Shown: piece after piece, positions 9,569 to 22,300 of the stretch | How positions within the stretch are numbered: the first letter of the stretch is position 1 | How the letters are laid out: every line of letters starts with the position of its first letter | Origin: Adineta steineri | Lineage: Eukaryota | Direction of reading: 5' to 3' | Length of the DNA: 33,268 nucleotides | Assembly (NCBI GenBank): GCA_905250115.1 | Contig: CAJNOI010000629.1 | Location: forward strand, 1 to 33,268 | Notes under the pieces: generated by a model | Databases searched by the model: none | Told to the model about the DNA's origin: nothing | The model's input: the letters and a program-made list of their open reading frames with translations, nothing else | Translations under genes and position numbers: made by a program

Positions 9569-11771
9569 TTACTTCCAACCAACAGGATAACCTCGTGCTA
9601 AATTTTCCATTTTTAACCATTTATATAATGGTTCAAAAAAATCCACCATTGCTTGTGGTTCTAATTTATTTTCTCCAGTTAAACTTTCTAAGATTTCTGA
9701 CCATGGTTTCGAACTTCCCATTGCTAACATTTCTTTAAATCTTTCTCCAACATGTTTATTTCCATAGATATCACACATATGTAATCGTTTCGTCTGTCCT
9801 TGTAATCGACACATAGCACGATAAAATTGAAATTGTAATATATGTGCTATAAAATATCTTGCATACGGTGTACCTGATGGTATATGAAATTTTGCACCTG
9901 CATCAAAATTTTCTGGATCACTACGTGGTACTGGCGCCATAATTCCACCATATTGAATACGTAATGCCCACCATTTTGCATTAAGTTCAGTATCACGATT
10001 TATTTCATGACGAAATAAAGCAAAACGATATTTATCCATTACATATGCGAATGGTAAAAATGCGACTTTTTGTAATGCCATACGCATTAAGAAATTCATT
10101 TCATAATGAGAATTTATACTTTCTTCATCGAGAAAACCAATTTTTACTAAATGTCGTGGTGAAACTAAAATATTCCAAATTAATATTTCTTCTAAAAAAA
10201 GACTAAAATCTCAAGTACTCACTTGCATACATTCCAATTGTATCTCCAATAGCTTCATGAAAACCGGAATTAGCACCATCTTGATAATCATATCTTTGAT
10301 TTGCATATGACATATAATATTCTATATGTCCCATTTCATGATGAATTGTATAAAAATAATCATCATCCATAATAGTACAAATTTTAACTCGATAATCATT
10401 ATGATAACGAAAATCAAATGCCGATGCATGGCAAACAACATCACGATCAACAGGTTTGGTAAACATACTACGTGCCCAAAATTTTGGAGTCATTGGATAA
10501 AGATTAATTGATGTAAAAAAGTTCTCAGCAGTTTTATACATTTTCTCTATAGTATATTTTTTCTTATATAAAATACGTGTGATATTTACAAGTGGCACAT
10601 CCGGATATGGCATAAGATCATCAAGACGATTTTGCCATTGTTGAGCCCACATATTACCTTTTTTGAATAATGATTAGTTTAAAATTTAAATTATTCAAAA
10701 ATATCTTACCAAGTAAATGAGCGGGAATAGGTCCATTACAATCAAATCGTTTAGGATATATTTCACATAAACGTCCACGAACAAAAGCATGTAATTGTTC
10801 ATAGAATGGCATAATATCTTGAAGACTTTGATCTAGAATACTTTCGAATTCTGTTTCATTACCCATTTCATATTCTTCAATCCATTTTTGCTAAAAGAAA
10901 AAACTGAATTATAAAATAAATCTTACAAAATTTATTCACTAACCGCTTCATCTTTATATCCATTTTCTTTAATATTTTCATCTAATAAATCAATATATGG
11001 TAAATAAACTGGACGAATTTTATTGCCACATTGATTATGCCAACCTTTCCATGCCCATAATAAACGATCATAATCTTTTTCAATTTGCATTAATCGTTCC
11101 AAATAAGGTGAAAGTGTATAACATTTTGTATTATCATTTAATTCACATACTTCTGCTGTTGAATAGATTTGTTCTAATTGCGCATGTAATTTTGAACTTT
11201 TTTTTACATTTTCATCATTATTACTGACAGTACCTCGTGCTAAACGATCATAAGTACGTTTTAAATCTTCATCAGATGAATGTGTCATATATTCATCAAA
11301 TTTTTTTGCTATTGGTAATGTTTGACGTCCGAATGGTGCTGATTTAAGATGTTGTGCTGACATTGCTTTTCGATTTTCTTCGGTTAGATTAGTTTTATGA
11401 TTCCATCCGAGAAGAACTGAAATTTGATGATATCGTTTCGACACACGTAAATACCATTTAAGCCAACTTTTAGCTTGTTTTTCACTCGAATAATCATCAA
11501 TTTGTGGCATTTTTTTAATGTCTTCATCATTTAATTTATTCCAAAGATCGACATCAACAGGATCATCAAGTTCAACTTTGTTTTCATCATTATATGATTC
11601 TTGAGAAACTTCAGTGGAATCTGATGAAATCTGATTTAGATTTCTACTGATAAGATCAATAAGTTCATCTTCTAAATTTCTTTCATAATAGTGAGAATAC
11701 TTGCGAGCTAATACATAATATTGTAATGAAAATAAAATAAAAAGAGTGTATATTAATTTATTGATCTTCAT
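9569..11771 (-). CDS. ACE: Angiotensin-converting-enzyme-like peptidyl-dipeptidase (peptidase family M2), single catalytic domain with signal peptide. CDS exons (plus coordinates, transcription order) 11771..10944, 10890..10710, 10657..10223, 10164..9569 (680 codons incl. stop)
   Basis: HEMGHIEYY zinc-binding HExxH motif with downstream HEAIGD (second zinc-ligand region). ACE-like blocks: PAHLLG/NMWAQQW (ACE has PAHLLGNMWAQTW), INFLMRMALQKVAFLPFAYVMDKYRFALF, AKFHIPSGTPYARYFIAHILQFQFYRAMC, GSSKPWSEILESLTGENKLEPQAMVDFFEPLYKWL. N-terminus MKINKLIYTLFILFSLQYYVLA is a typical signal peptide; it starts at the first true ATG (11771), since the ORF-track start at 11813 is a TTG. Minus-strand donors GTTAGT, GTAAGA, GTGAGT; acceptors ttttcttttAG, ttattcaaaaaAG, aatattttAG. 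Phases 0/1/1 close (828+181+435+596 = 2040 nt). Confidence 0.85.
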
Positions 11772-13409
11772 GTTGTTTAGATGTAGGTCATTATCTAAAA
11801 AATAATTAAGCAATCATGATTCTATCTATGTATTTAGTATTACAATGAATTTTGTCAAAAATTAAAACTTATACGTGTAGATAAATTATGTCACACTAAA
11901 ATCTATTTTGCTTCATTATGGGGAAAAAACAACAGAAGAAAAAAATGTAGGCGAATACATAATTTTTTTGACTGACTGTAAGAAAAAAAAATAAGTATTT
12001 ATATACATTGACTATGTCTCTGTCAATATGTTGTGGGTTGTATTGACTAAAACTAATCATGCATGATCACATACTTGTTTTTCCTATATTACTGATAGTT
12101 GTAAAATTCGATTCATATCAACATACTTTATTTTTGACATGTGTTGAATAAACTTTTGAAAATAGAAGAATTTATTCGGTTATTTTGTTTTTCTTTGACA
12201 TGTATACTTTTATTTCGACCAATTACTATCGTATAAAAAAGGAGTTATGCTTTTTAGTATTCTGTTCTATGCAATACGGCGTTTATTCATTTCTTTTTCT
12301 TCTGTACATATTCATGAATCATCGAGTAATAGAAGGTCGTATGAAAGCATTACATCCTATACCCATATTACGATACGTTGCCCTGTTTTTTTACTCGCAT
12401 AGCGCTGTGTTGGTATATGTAAAGCTTCCTCTCAAGAACGAATACATGTCAAGCGACAATTAGATATTTATGCATTTATTTAATTACATTATTTTATTGT
12501 TATAGGTTTTCACCCACACTTAATTTTAACATAGAAATTATTTTTTTACTCATTAATTTCGAGAAAATAATATCGTGAATAATCATTATATTAGATTTGT
12601 ATGAAAAAAATAACTTGTTTATGCAAAAAGTACAATGAAAAAAATATCATCACATTCTTCGATTTTCTTATCTTTAGTATAGATAACATTTGAGATGTAG
12701 TAAAAAGAAATAGTTTAGGTAACTGTCGGCTTCTGTTATCGTTGACTACAGAAGTATCATTATAAATATTTACATATTGTTGTTGGAAATTAGCATTCTG
12801 GATATTAGAAAAAAATCATATAGACTTAATAGTATTTTTAAAAGAAATACATTTCCAGACGTTTATTAAATGTTCTTTTCTACATATACAAGATAGATAA
12901 TTCACAAATCATCTCTAATCAAATGAAAAAAACTTCAATGTTACATTCCAGACTTTCTGAGAATGCAAATATGTTCTTATGAGATTGAAAGAATAGTCAT
13001 TGAGTACTTCTCACACTAAACACAGTTATATCGGGAACTGTTAATTACATATTCACATTGTCAATATAGTAAGAAAGTAAATTATAGATTTCTAAAAAAA
13101 TAATATGTTAAATTGTTGTTTAGAGTTTAACTATTTATACACATTATGAAAATCATTAATATTAAACGATCGTGAATATAAAGCAATCATCACAACAAAA
13201 AACATGTTCTTTTTACATATAAAATTAATAATAGAAAATAAACTTGTTGCATAATTAATATTTATGTTTTAAAGCTAAAATAGTAATAAAAAAAACATGA
13301 CATTACAATCAGAATATATCTGATTATATGTATTAACTCTCTGTAGTATTCATTGAATTGATCAAGCTAATGATGATGATGGAAAAAGAATTAGTTTTTT
13401 TGCTATGAA

Positions 13410-14893
13410 TTATGAAAAGTCTCCAAGTAAATCAAAGCCACTAGTTGAATTTGTTACAGTTGGTGGAGACACAGGCATGATAGGTGTTGGATTCATAAAA
13501 TTTTGTTGTTGTTGTTGCTGTTGTTGAGGAATAAAAGGTGTTTGTTGAACTGATTGCGCAAACATATTGGTATTCACATTTGGTGTTGGTTGAGCAGGAG
13601 CAAACATTGACAAGAAATCATTAGTACCAGTAGTAGATGTTGGTTGTTGAGGTGTTGGACGTGCTGGTGGCGGTGGTGGTTGTGATGGTGATCCAGGTAA
13701 ACCAAACATATCACCAAGAGGCTGAAAATAGTATTAATTAGTATTAGTAAATTTTCTTCTTTTTATGAATTAGTAAAATCATTTAGAAGAAAGAAACTTA
13801 CATCTTCAACACGTGGTGCTGGTTGTTGAACAGGTACAGCAGGTTCATTATTACCCCACAAATCGAGCTCAGGTATTGATTGTTGTTGAACTGTTTGTGT
13901 TGGAGGTTGTTGAACTGTTTGTATCGGTGGTTGTTGAATTGTTTGTATTGGTGGTTGAGGCAACGTTACTGTTGGACTGTCTCCCCAGATATCACCAAGA
14001 AGAGATGCCTAGAAAATAAAATTTATTAAAAATAAAAATAAAGAAATGTTTGACCTACAGCTGCAGGCTCTGTTCGTTGAGGTATCGGTGGTGGTGGAGG
14101 TTGTAGTGATGGTTGTGGTGTAGGAACAGGAGTAGATTGTGAAGGTGTTTGCTAGAAGAAGAAAAAAAACTTACAAATAAATTTAGATTTTATTGATCCT
14201 AACCTGTATTGAAACAGTTACGTCTGCAGGTGATACTGGCGCAGATGTCGTTTGATTTGCTTTTTCAGCATTAGTAAATTGTTCAAAGGCTATTTCAAAA
14301 AGTTCCTTAAGTGCATATACAGTTGTTGCTGCTGTTCGTTCAGTTTTAATAGCCCAAAATTGATGACGATCATCACTCGTATTATAAATATAACCAAAGG
14401 CACGTTGATCACGTGGATCCATAACAACAAATGATATACGTTCAACTTCATGAGAAGCAATTATAACCTAATTAATAATATAATAAATAATTTAAATAGA
14501 CTTTGTTTTCCTTCTTACTTTTGTTGTATCATCATAAACTTTAATTCCGGCCATAGTTAAATTCAATTGAAGTTTTTGTTTATGTTCTTTGCGAGCATTT
14601 GCAACAGCTTTTAATTTAAACAATGAATCAAGACATGCTTTTTCATCACGATCAACTGGTACATCTTCCATTCCTTTATTTTATAAAATAAGAAAGAAAG
14701 GGAAGATAATGAATCTATTTTTCTTTCAATTTTCATACCAATAAGTTTGCCTTTGAACGGAACTCCATCACCTTCAAATTTATTCTGTTGTGTTCCTAAC
14801 AAAAAAAAATAAAAATCTTCAGATCTTTATCGAACATATATATATATATTATATCAAACCAGTTGGTGTGATTGTTGTTGTTACTCCTGACAT
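13410..14893 (-). CDS. Disabled (Dab) homolog: N-terminal PTB/PID domain adaptor with a Pro/Gln-rich low-complexity C-terminal tail. CDS exons (plus coordinates, transcription order) 14893..14860, 14795..14739, 14673..14519, 14467..14204, 14151..14059, 14008..13802, 13721..13410 (374 codons incl. stop)
   Basis: Spliced PTB region MSGVTTTITPT/GTQQNKFEGDGVPFKGKLIG/MEDVPVDRDEKACLDSLFKLKAVANARKEHKQKLQLNLTMAGIKVYDDTTK/VIIASHEVERISFVVMDPRDQRAFGYIYNTSDDRHQFWAIKTERTAATTVYALKELFEIAFEQF... matches remembered Dab1 (FKGEGVRYKAKLIGIDEV...[88 protein letters not shown]). All six introns are 50-80 bp with minus-strand donors GTTTGA/GTATGA/GTAAGA/GTTAGG/GTAGGT/GTAAGT and AG acceptors. Exon lengths 34+57+155+264+93+207+312 = 1122, frame closes. 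Confidence 0.8.
13883..13954 (-). repeat. Perfect-length 24-bp x 3 tandem repeat inside Dab exon 6 (plus-strand units 13883..13906, 13907..13930, 13931..13954), encoding PPIQTIQQ / PPIQTVQQ / PPTQTVQQ in frame
   Basis: Plus strand ttgttgaactgtttgtgttggagg / ttgttgaactgtttgtatcggtgg / ttgttgaattgtttgtattggtgg (2-4 substitutions per unit). A (CAA/CAG)n poly-Gln tract (plus-strand (TTG)n at ~13500..13530; QQQQQQQQ) lies in the last exon. Confidence 0.85.
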
Positions 14894-15129
14894 TTTTTTA
14901 TTTGATAACTTGCTATAGACACGAACGAAATTTCTATAGATGTAATGTAAAGAAAAAGAAATCTATAGAGAACTTATACACAATGTCTCAAGTAAGATAG
15001 AATAAATAATGTATGATAAGAATTTTTTTCGTTTAAAGATATATATATATATACATAAAATAAAAGATAACCACTCTTAAAAGAATATAATTTATTAATA
15101 CATTCATTTTTTTCTTTTCTCTTTACAAT

Positions 15130-16308
15130 CTACATATTAAAATGACAACAAAAATAGTTTCTTAATATGTTATGTTTATTATTAATATTGTTTATATTTG
15201 TATTAAATGTATATTCAATTGTCATCGTAGAATTTTTTTCTGTTAATTCTAATTCTAATTGATTATCATTGTCAAAATCTTTTCGTTCATGAAAATAACG
15301 ATATATATTTTGTTTCGATTTTGTCAGTACACGTTTTAATTCTCGACGAAATTTTGAACCAAATACAATATAAATATAAAAATTCATTGCAAATGATAAA
15401 TGATATATAAAATGTGAATAATATTCTAATTTTTTTATTAATTGAGGACTTTTGCTTTCTTCTCCATGATCATTTATTAAACGCCATGTGTGTATACATG
15501 CATAAGGTGCACATATAATTAAATATGATGTCGAAACAGTTAATAAAAGTTTTGTCATTTTACGAGATGCATTACGACGTGTCATTTCACGTATTGAATT
15601 TAGTTGTGAATGATTTTGAAATAATAATTCATGACGATTTTGTTTCATACGACGTAATGATATAAGAATTATTGTATTCATTGTTATTATAACAATATAT
15701 GGTATTAAAAAAACAATGATACTATCAATTATATCCATATATTTATTAATCCAGCGAAATTGTGGACGAGAATAACATTTTCCATCGACAATTCCAATTA
15801 ATATTGGTAAATATGAATATAATAAACAAGCAAATATTATTATTGATAATGCTATACATCGTGAACGATACCATGAAAGAAAATGTGATACTCGAAATGG
15901 ATTAATAACAGCAAATAAACGTTGAGCAGTAAATGCTATTGTATAATAAGCATTTATAAAATTGCATACATATGTTAAATATAATGTAAGTTGACAAATA
16001 CCAGGACGATGTAAAACATTTATATAATTTGATAACCATAAACAAAATAATATTATTAAATACATTGTATCTGATATAGCCATATAAAATAAAAATGGAT
16101 AAACTGACATGCTTGAACCAGCACATCGTACCGTTGTACGGACTGCTTTTTGACCAAAAATAATAATAACAAATATATTTCCAATACAACCAACAATTAC
16201 AAGTAATAATAAATAAATATGTTTGAAAAAAAATTCCAAATTAGTCATTGAATGTCGAATTGATGGATTGACTAAGTCACTTATTGAAGAATTTGTTGGT
16301 GAAATCAT
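15130..16308 (-). CDS. Intronless rhodopsin-like (class A) G-protein-coupled receptor, probably a peptide-receptor type, with divergent signature motifs
   Basis: 392-aa uninterrupted minus-strand ORF with seven hydrophobic segments. TM1 GNIFVIIIFG, TM2 YMAISDTMYLI (conserved Asp), a TM3-end ...AFTAQRLFAV in the position of E/DRY, Pro-containing TM5/TM6 (FLIPYIVII; ICAPYACI), TM7 AMNFYIYIVFG in the position of NPxxY, followed by a basic helix-8-like FRRELKRVL. N-terminus has an N-glycosylation-type NSS; the long third intracellular loop is Arg/Lys-rich. Confidence 0.72.
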   Translation of the reverse strand: MISPTNSSISDLVNPSIRHSMTNLEFFFKHIYLLLLVIVGCIGNIFVIIIFGQKAVRTTVRCAGSSMSVYPFLFYMAISDTMYLIILFCLWLSNYINVLHRPGICQLTLYLTYVCNFINAYYTIAFTAQRLFAVINPFRVSHFLSWYRSRCIALSIIIFACLLYSYLPILIGIVDGKCYSRPQFRWINKYMDIIDSIIVFLIPYIVIITMNTIILISLRRMKQNRHELLFQNHSQLNSIREMTRRNASRKMTKLLLTVSTSYLIICAPYACIHTWRLINDHGEESKSPQLIKKLEYYSHFIYHLSFAMNFYIYIVFGSKFRRELKRVLTKSKQNIYRYFHERKDFDNDNQLELELTEKNSTMTIEYTFNTNINNINNKHNILRNYFCCHFNM

Positions 16309-19300
16309 AGTTAAAAAACGACAAAATCTGAAATAATAAAAAGAAATTTATATAGAATAAAATATTATCATCATATAACATTTAGTTTTCCATTTAAAAA
16401 CGTTTTTTTTAATTTCTTTTCTATCAACCTACTTATTATCAAAAGGAAATAAGTTGCGAGACTCATTTTAAAATTAAAATATAGACTTATATTAAGTAGA
16501 ATGTGCGTCACAAACGATATTATACAGCTTATTTAGATCCTCTTATTAACCTACAGCATTGATTTAATAATGAAAAAGAATACATTATTTTTTTACATCT
16601 AGACTTTATTCATTTTATCATTTTAATTTCTAAAATGATTACATAATTTTTTATTATCATTAAGAGGTTGACTGTACCGGGAGTAGAAAAGAATAAAGAA
16701 TTTCTTTTTTTACATCAACACCTACCATTAATGTCTATCTATCAGATTACTGATGACTGTAATTATTGATAATAATGGTCCTTGATAGACGTAGGAGATA
16801 AAGACTCTAAATAAGATATTTTTCTAGAGGGAGATTTAAATCCTACTGATTTCGTAAAGGAAAAAATAACAAATGGATATTTGATCGATAAAGAAAATAT
16901 AAATCTTCATATTACAGATCGCAATTCTTATATAAAATTTATGCCTAGAAAATAGTTAAGATTTTCTTTCTCACCATGATTTATTATAATTTTCTCTTTG
17001 TAATTTTAAAAAATGCCTTGAAACACTTAGCTACGCTATTTTTAACATACATAAAAGACTAGAGAGCTATAATTGATTTATTAGTACTTATCACACTATT
17101 TCATTCTAAAAGGTAATACTTATTTATAAGATTTCTTTTTATCGAACATTATAGAGTATGCTTACTCACATGAACTAATCGAAGGATATATTTAGGTTGT
17201 TTTTACTAACTGGGGGAAGCTGTCTATTACAGACGACAAAGGTTAAAAGAGCATCCGTCTCAGAATATGCGCCTAAATAAGGACAAGAAAACATTCATAT
17301 ATCTATCTATATCCTGATATTCAATATTAATTTAGTAATACATCATTATTAACCAAATATTTATATCTGAAGTCTACTACTCAAAAATAATAAGATTATG
17401 TTAAATGACAAGACTAAACAATAGATCGCTTTCTATTGTATAATTTTAACATTTTATTCATAAATTAAAATTTGTAAAATTAGTTATCATGTATAAAATG
17501 CGGATATCTGTATATCGTACTACTAAATAAACACGTACTGTAGTGCATGTATCTTCAACAAAATAAGATTCCAATGCATTCATTCTTCTCATACTTTCCT
17601 ATCATTATATACTATATTATAATCTGTCTGGTATTTTTAATAGATATATATTGCGTCTTTAACTATAAATTATAAACAACGCTATGATAATACTGGTTAA
17701 ATTATATGAAATAAGTTCACATTTCCATAACAAAAAGACCTTGTAAAAGTATCTCATAATACAACAAAATTAGAACGAAAACTAACCTTAAGAAATGTTT
17801 TTAATAGTAAATATACAATAGTAGGAGCATTGATATACGCAAAAGAAATATTAATTTCCAAATCTTTTAATAACGCCTTTCTAATGTAATGTAAACGATA
17901 TATAACAACGTTCTTCTGTTTTTGTTCTAACTACAAAAAATGTATAGGTTAATATTCTTCGATCGAAATTCATTATAATAATAGAGAAAAATATATAGAA
18001 AAGAATATTTTTTTTTGACAACACTTAATTCAATTAAATGTTCTTTTGATTACTCGTACAAAAATAAACAAACCAGAAAAATAAATCTGTCAAAATCTTC
18101 TAATTTTATTTCCGAACATAAACCAGTAATAAAACTAAATCATTTAATTAAACTCTGTGTATTGTCAACAAAATGAATCTTCGTATTGACAAGAAACATT
18201 ATTTATAAAGTATTTTTAAAAAGAAAAAGCTTTTAAGTGCATTACATCTTTTACGCTTTTGAAATTTATTCCTTGCATAATGCGTAGATTTCTTCTATAT
18301 AGTTGTTTTTAATGACTACGATACTTCAAAGCATATTTTCCTCTATTAAATAGTAGGAAGGAAAAGATTACATTTTTTAATAATGATGGGAGAATATTTT
18401 GAAAAACAATCTGTGCCTGACAAAATGACAAAACCGGATGTATGCACTTATGTTTTTGATATCTCTTCTACGACTCGGAATAAAATGCTCGATTACAAAA
18501 AGCAGAGGTCTTCAAATTCATAACATTTCTTAGTCAGGTTTCTTTACAAAGAGCTCAAGTTCAGTTCTTCTAGAATATTTATTTCTATGCATCATACTAA
18601 TTTACTCAATGACTCGTACAAATGATTTCCTTATCTCTTTCCAATAATTGATTTCTAGTTATATGATAGAAGAAAAGAAGTCTTTATCTGTCACTTATTT
18701 CTCGAGAGAAAACGATAACGTCTATAGGTTCTGTGTTTTGAGAAACCTTTCTTGATTTAATACAAATAAACTTTTTAATAATCAAGAAGACATATATTTC
18801 TAATAATAATTTTTATTGATGTCAAGATAATAACATTAATCAGTTCTACAGCTATTTTGTTTTTCTCTCTATTATTAATGTACTTCAAAACTTTACGATC
18901 GACTATTTGACACTGCACATATCTTACTCTGGTTTCTGTAAATTTCACTATAACAAACGAAAATTCAATATGACAGATTCTGTCAAAGCATATGATAAAC
19001 TATCCATCAATCATTTCACTATAATTTGTTCTACATGGAGGGAGTCATCAAGAAAAAAAATCCTGTTTTTTAATTAAACAGCTGAAAAAAGTTCTCAGAT
19101 GTATTTCCTTATAGTGATCCGCAAGCCACAGAGACATGTAATAGCTATAATTATAAACATAATATTATCATTATATCTAAATCTCTTTGTAAATAATACC
19201 GAGCAGCAAAAAAAAGAACTGAACTTTCGTACTCAAAGTGAAGGTTTTTTTTTACAGATTATAACTAATGGATTCACATTTGGACTTAGTAACTCGCTGA

Positions 19301-22300
19301 TATCTTTCTAAATATACATATTATGATTAATAGTGTTCTTTTACAACATTTTTCAAAGTATAGAATTCTAGAACAAGAAAAAAACTAGATATAATGGCGT
19401 TCTAACCACATACCAGGCTTCTTTTAATAGAAATATATCTATATCATGTTATAATTCAGATGAACAAAACTCTTATGAAATTATTTTAAAATCACGCTGT
19501 TTAAGTACTGCGCATCATATAATGTATTTCGTGTTTACATTGAGTAATAAATGGCATGTGACATATATATATGAAAGTACATTTCATAATTAACTTTGTT
19601 AAGAAAATACTATTGTACTTATGATATTTTTGATATATACTTAAGTTTTGCAAATAAATCTTATTTACGTCAGAATCATTTTTTTAATACAATCAATTTT
19701 ATCTCATTAGCTATAAATAAGTTAATGTAATACATGTCCTTAATTGTCATTTTAGTATTTCTAGGGATTTTGTAGAAATAACGCAAATATAAAGTACTCT
19801 TTTCAATTAGTTGTTTTTACGAGAACAAATAAAATCATTCAAATGTTTATAATCTATAAATTTAATATACACTGTTGTTTTCTTAACATATTGAACTCTG
19901 TTTACTGAGTGTGAAATATGAAGTTATTTTTGTAAATATAGTAGACAAAATGTCATTCATTTTGCTCTCAGACTATCTTACTTCGATTTTGATTAGATTC
20001 ACAAGAATAAACACAAGCAAAATCTTCTATTTTTTTATAAATAGATACGAAGAAGGATTAATTCACCTAATAATACATTCATATGAATAGAGATAAACTC
20101 AATGACTGTAGGTAAAAGCTTCTATAAGGAATAATAAATCTATCAATCTGAATCAGTGTTCTGCTTAATAAAAGAAAAACATTACTAAAAAGGCATACAA
20201 ATGAATATAAAAATATCTTAAGAAACGATAAAATCCAGATGGTCACGGAGAGAAATCTGGTTAAACTATACATGCACTATGCGAATATTTCACATACAAT
20301 TTTTCTATTCTTAGACGTTTGAGACTGACTACAATGTAGATCATATTGTCTTAAATTTATTCATCTGATTAAAAGAAAAATTTCTTGTCTTTATTAGATG
20401 TACTCTGGAGAAATATTTATTTTACGTCATTCATAAATCAACTTGTATTTATTAGTTATTTGATTGCAGATATATGATGAATACTTAAAGTATCTTTCTC
20501 AAATTCTAGAAGAACAATTCAATTGATAATTGAATTATACATCAAAATAAAATTCAGTATATTGATGTATTTTATAAATGAATATAAAAACTATTAGATT
20601 ATATGGACTTACAATAGTTCTAATGTTTGAAACAATTAAATTACCATATAGAAAAAAACAGACCACACATTCTAAGAAAAATTCTGTTGTGATGAAAAAA
20701 AATAAAATAAAAATAGGCTGTCGGATTTACCAGTAACAAACCCAAAGGGAGGATTAGAGGGCCGGTCCCCTTCTGAACAATACAGATGCCTGGAGGGGAG
20801 TACGGATTTATCAAATGTTACAAACCGAAGAAACAGTTTTTCTAGTCAGTAATCCTCCTCCTAAAATAGTTGATCTCCGCTAGACATAATTTCTAGATGC
20901 GTGTCTAGGATTTACTCTATTTCGCTCATGCTTGTCACGTTCTTCTTTACATAGGACATCTCTTTGTCAGATAAGTATAGCCTATATAGAAGTCTTTACT
21001 TTCTACTATTTTGATCTTTCTTAGCACATCGACAATTCTACTGAATAATCTTTTTCTACTAATAACAACCTTTATTCTTAGCGTGTAGACATTTTTAATT
21101 TTTTTTAGCAAAGTTAAGGTTAATGTTATACAATTCGATGAACGAACTACTAATTAAAAATTCTAATTATGACTATAAAATACAAACAATACCGATAGGA
21201 ATGAATTTCACTTGAATCAAAAAGTACTATATAATCTTATCTTACCATCGTCTATTTAAAGTAAATCGAAAGAAGTAGGATGTGAAGCACCTTCTATCGT
21301 CGTGAATCCAGATATTGATAATTTTAGCTTCCTTCCGTTTCTCTTTCCTTCCCCCTGTAACAGCTGTGACTACCTAAAACTGTCGTTTTTTTTATCACAA
21401 TGATCTTTAGAATAGAAAATCAAAAAATTTCGACATTGAATGTATGTAAACTGTTCTCCAGTCTTCTATACTTGTGTTCATTTATTTACAAATTGTTTAA
21501 TAAAAGAAATAAATTTTTGTGAACTTTGATTTGTTTTACATTTCAGAATATCTTGTTTCGTATTGATTCATTCGTTTTGATCAACTGATTGAACTTGAGT
21601 GTAAAAGACTGATCGGGATAATGATCATGAAGTTCTTAGGGAATCTTATCAATTTATTATTTGTAAACAAAGGTTGCTCACATAGAAGACCATAGAACAG
21701 ACATGTAGGTTAATGTTGATGTTTTTATCTCACATTACACCAAATATTGTGTAGCATTCTGTGTCCAAAATTATTGTGCACGTCTAACAAGCTATAAAGA
21801 AAGAAAGATAAACATCCGACCAATAAACTGAGTACAAACAGGTACACAGATACATCAGATATTAAAGAAGATAACAAGAAAAGTTAGATATTATTCTCTC
21901 TTAGCAACCATTTTACAGCTGAGAAAACAATCTATGATAGAATATAAATTAGTCAGATATAATTAAACATCGAATTAGTATTATCCTTTGATAAGATGTT
22001 GACAAGACTTTATGATGGTCTTATGATAATAAAGGTTGTTATATCGCGTTCTCATTAAAGTAATGTACTCATACGGTAGTCATGCGTTTGTTCGTGTTTT
22101 TCTATTATTATTCGCAACCCACACTGTATGACGTGACAATCTTGATAATACAACGTCGTTTAAGGACTAAATGTAAAAATAACGTAAATCTTACCAAATT
22201 TTCTATATGATACTTTGCTGATCTCTTGAATTTTTACTTATTACTATATGAAATAATTCAAACCACACTTAACATAAAGAATACTTAAAAAGGAATTCAT

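Noticed and set aside
12185-12463. 92-codon + strand ORF in the ACE/Dab intergenic region (MFFFDMYTFISTNYYRIKKELCFLVFCSMQYGV...)
   Set aside because: No similarity to any family I recognise, the composition is typical of AT-rich non-coding sequence, and there are no splice-compatible neighbours. Probably chance.
20775-20805. Segment atacagatgcctggaggggagtac superficially resembling the 5' end of U1 snRNA (atacttacctggcaggggagatac)
   Set aside because: The functionally essential 5'-splice-site-pairing sequence ACUUACCUG is not conserved (acagatgcctg), and no Sm site or downstream stem-loops could be recognised. Treated only as part of the GC-rich island finding.
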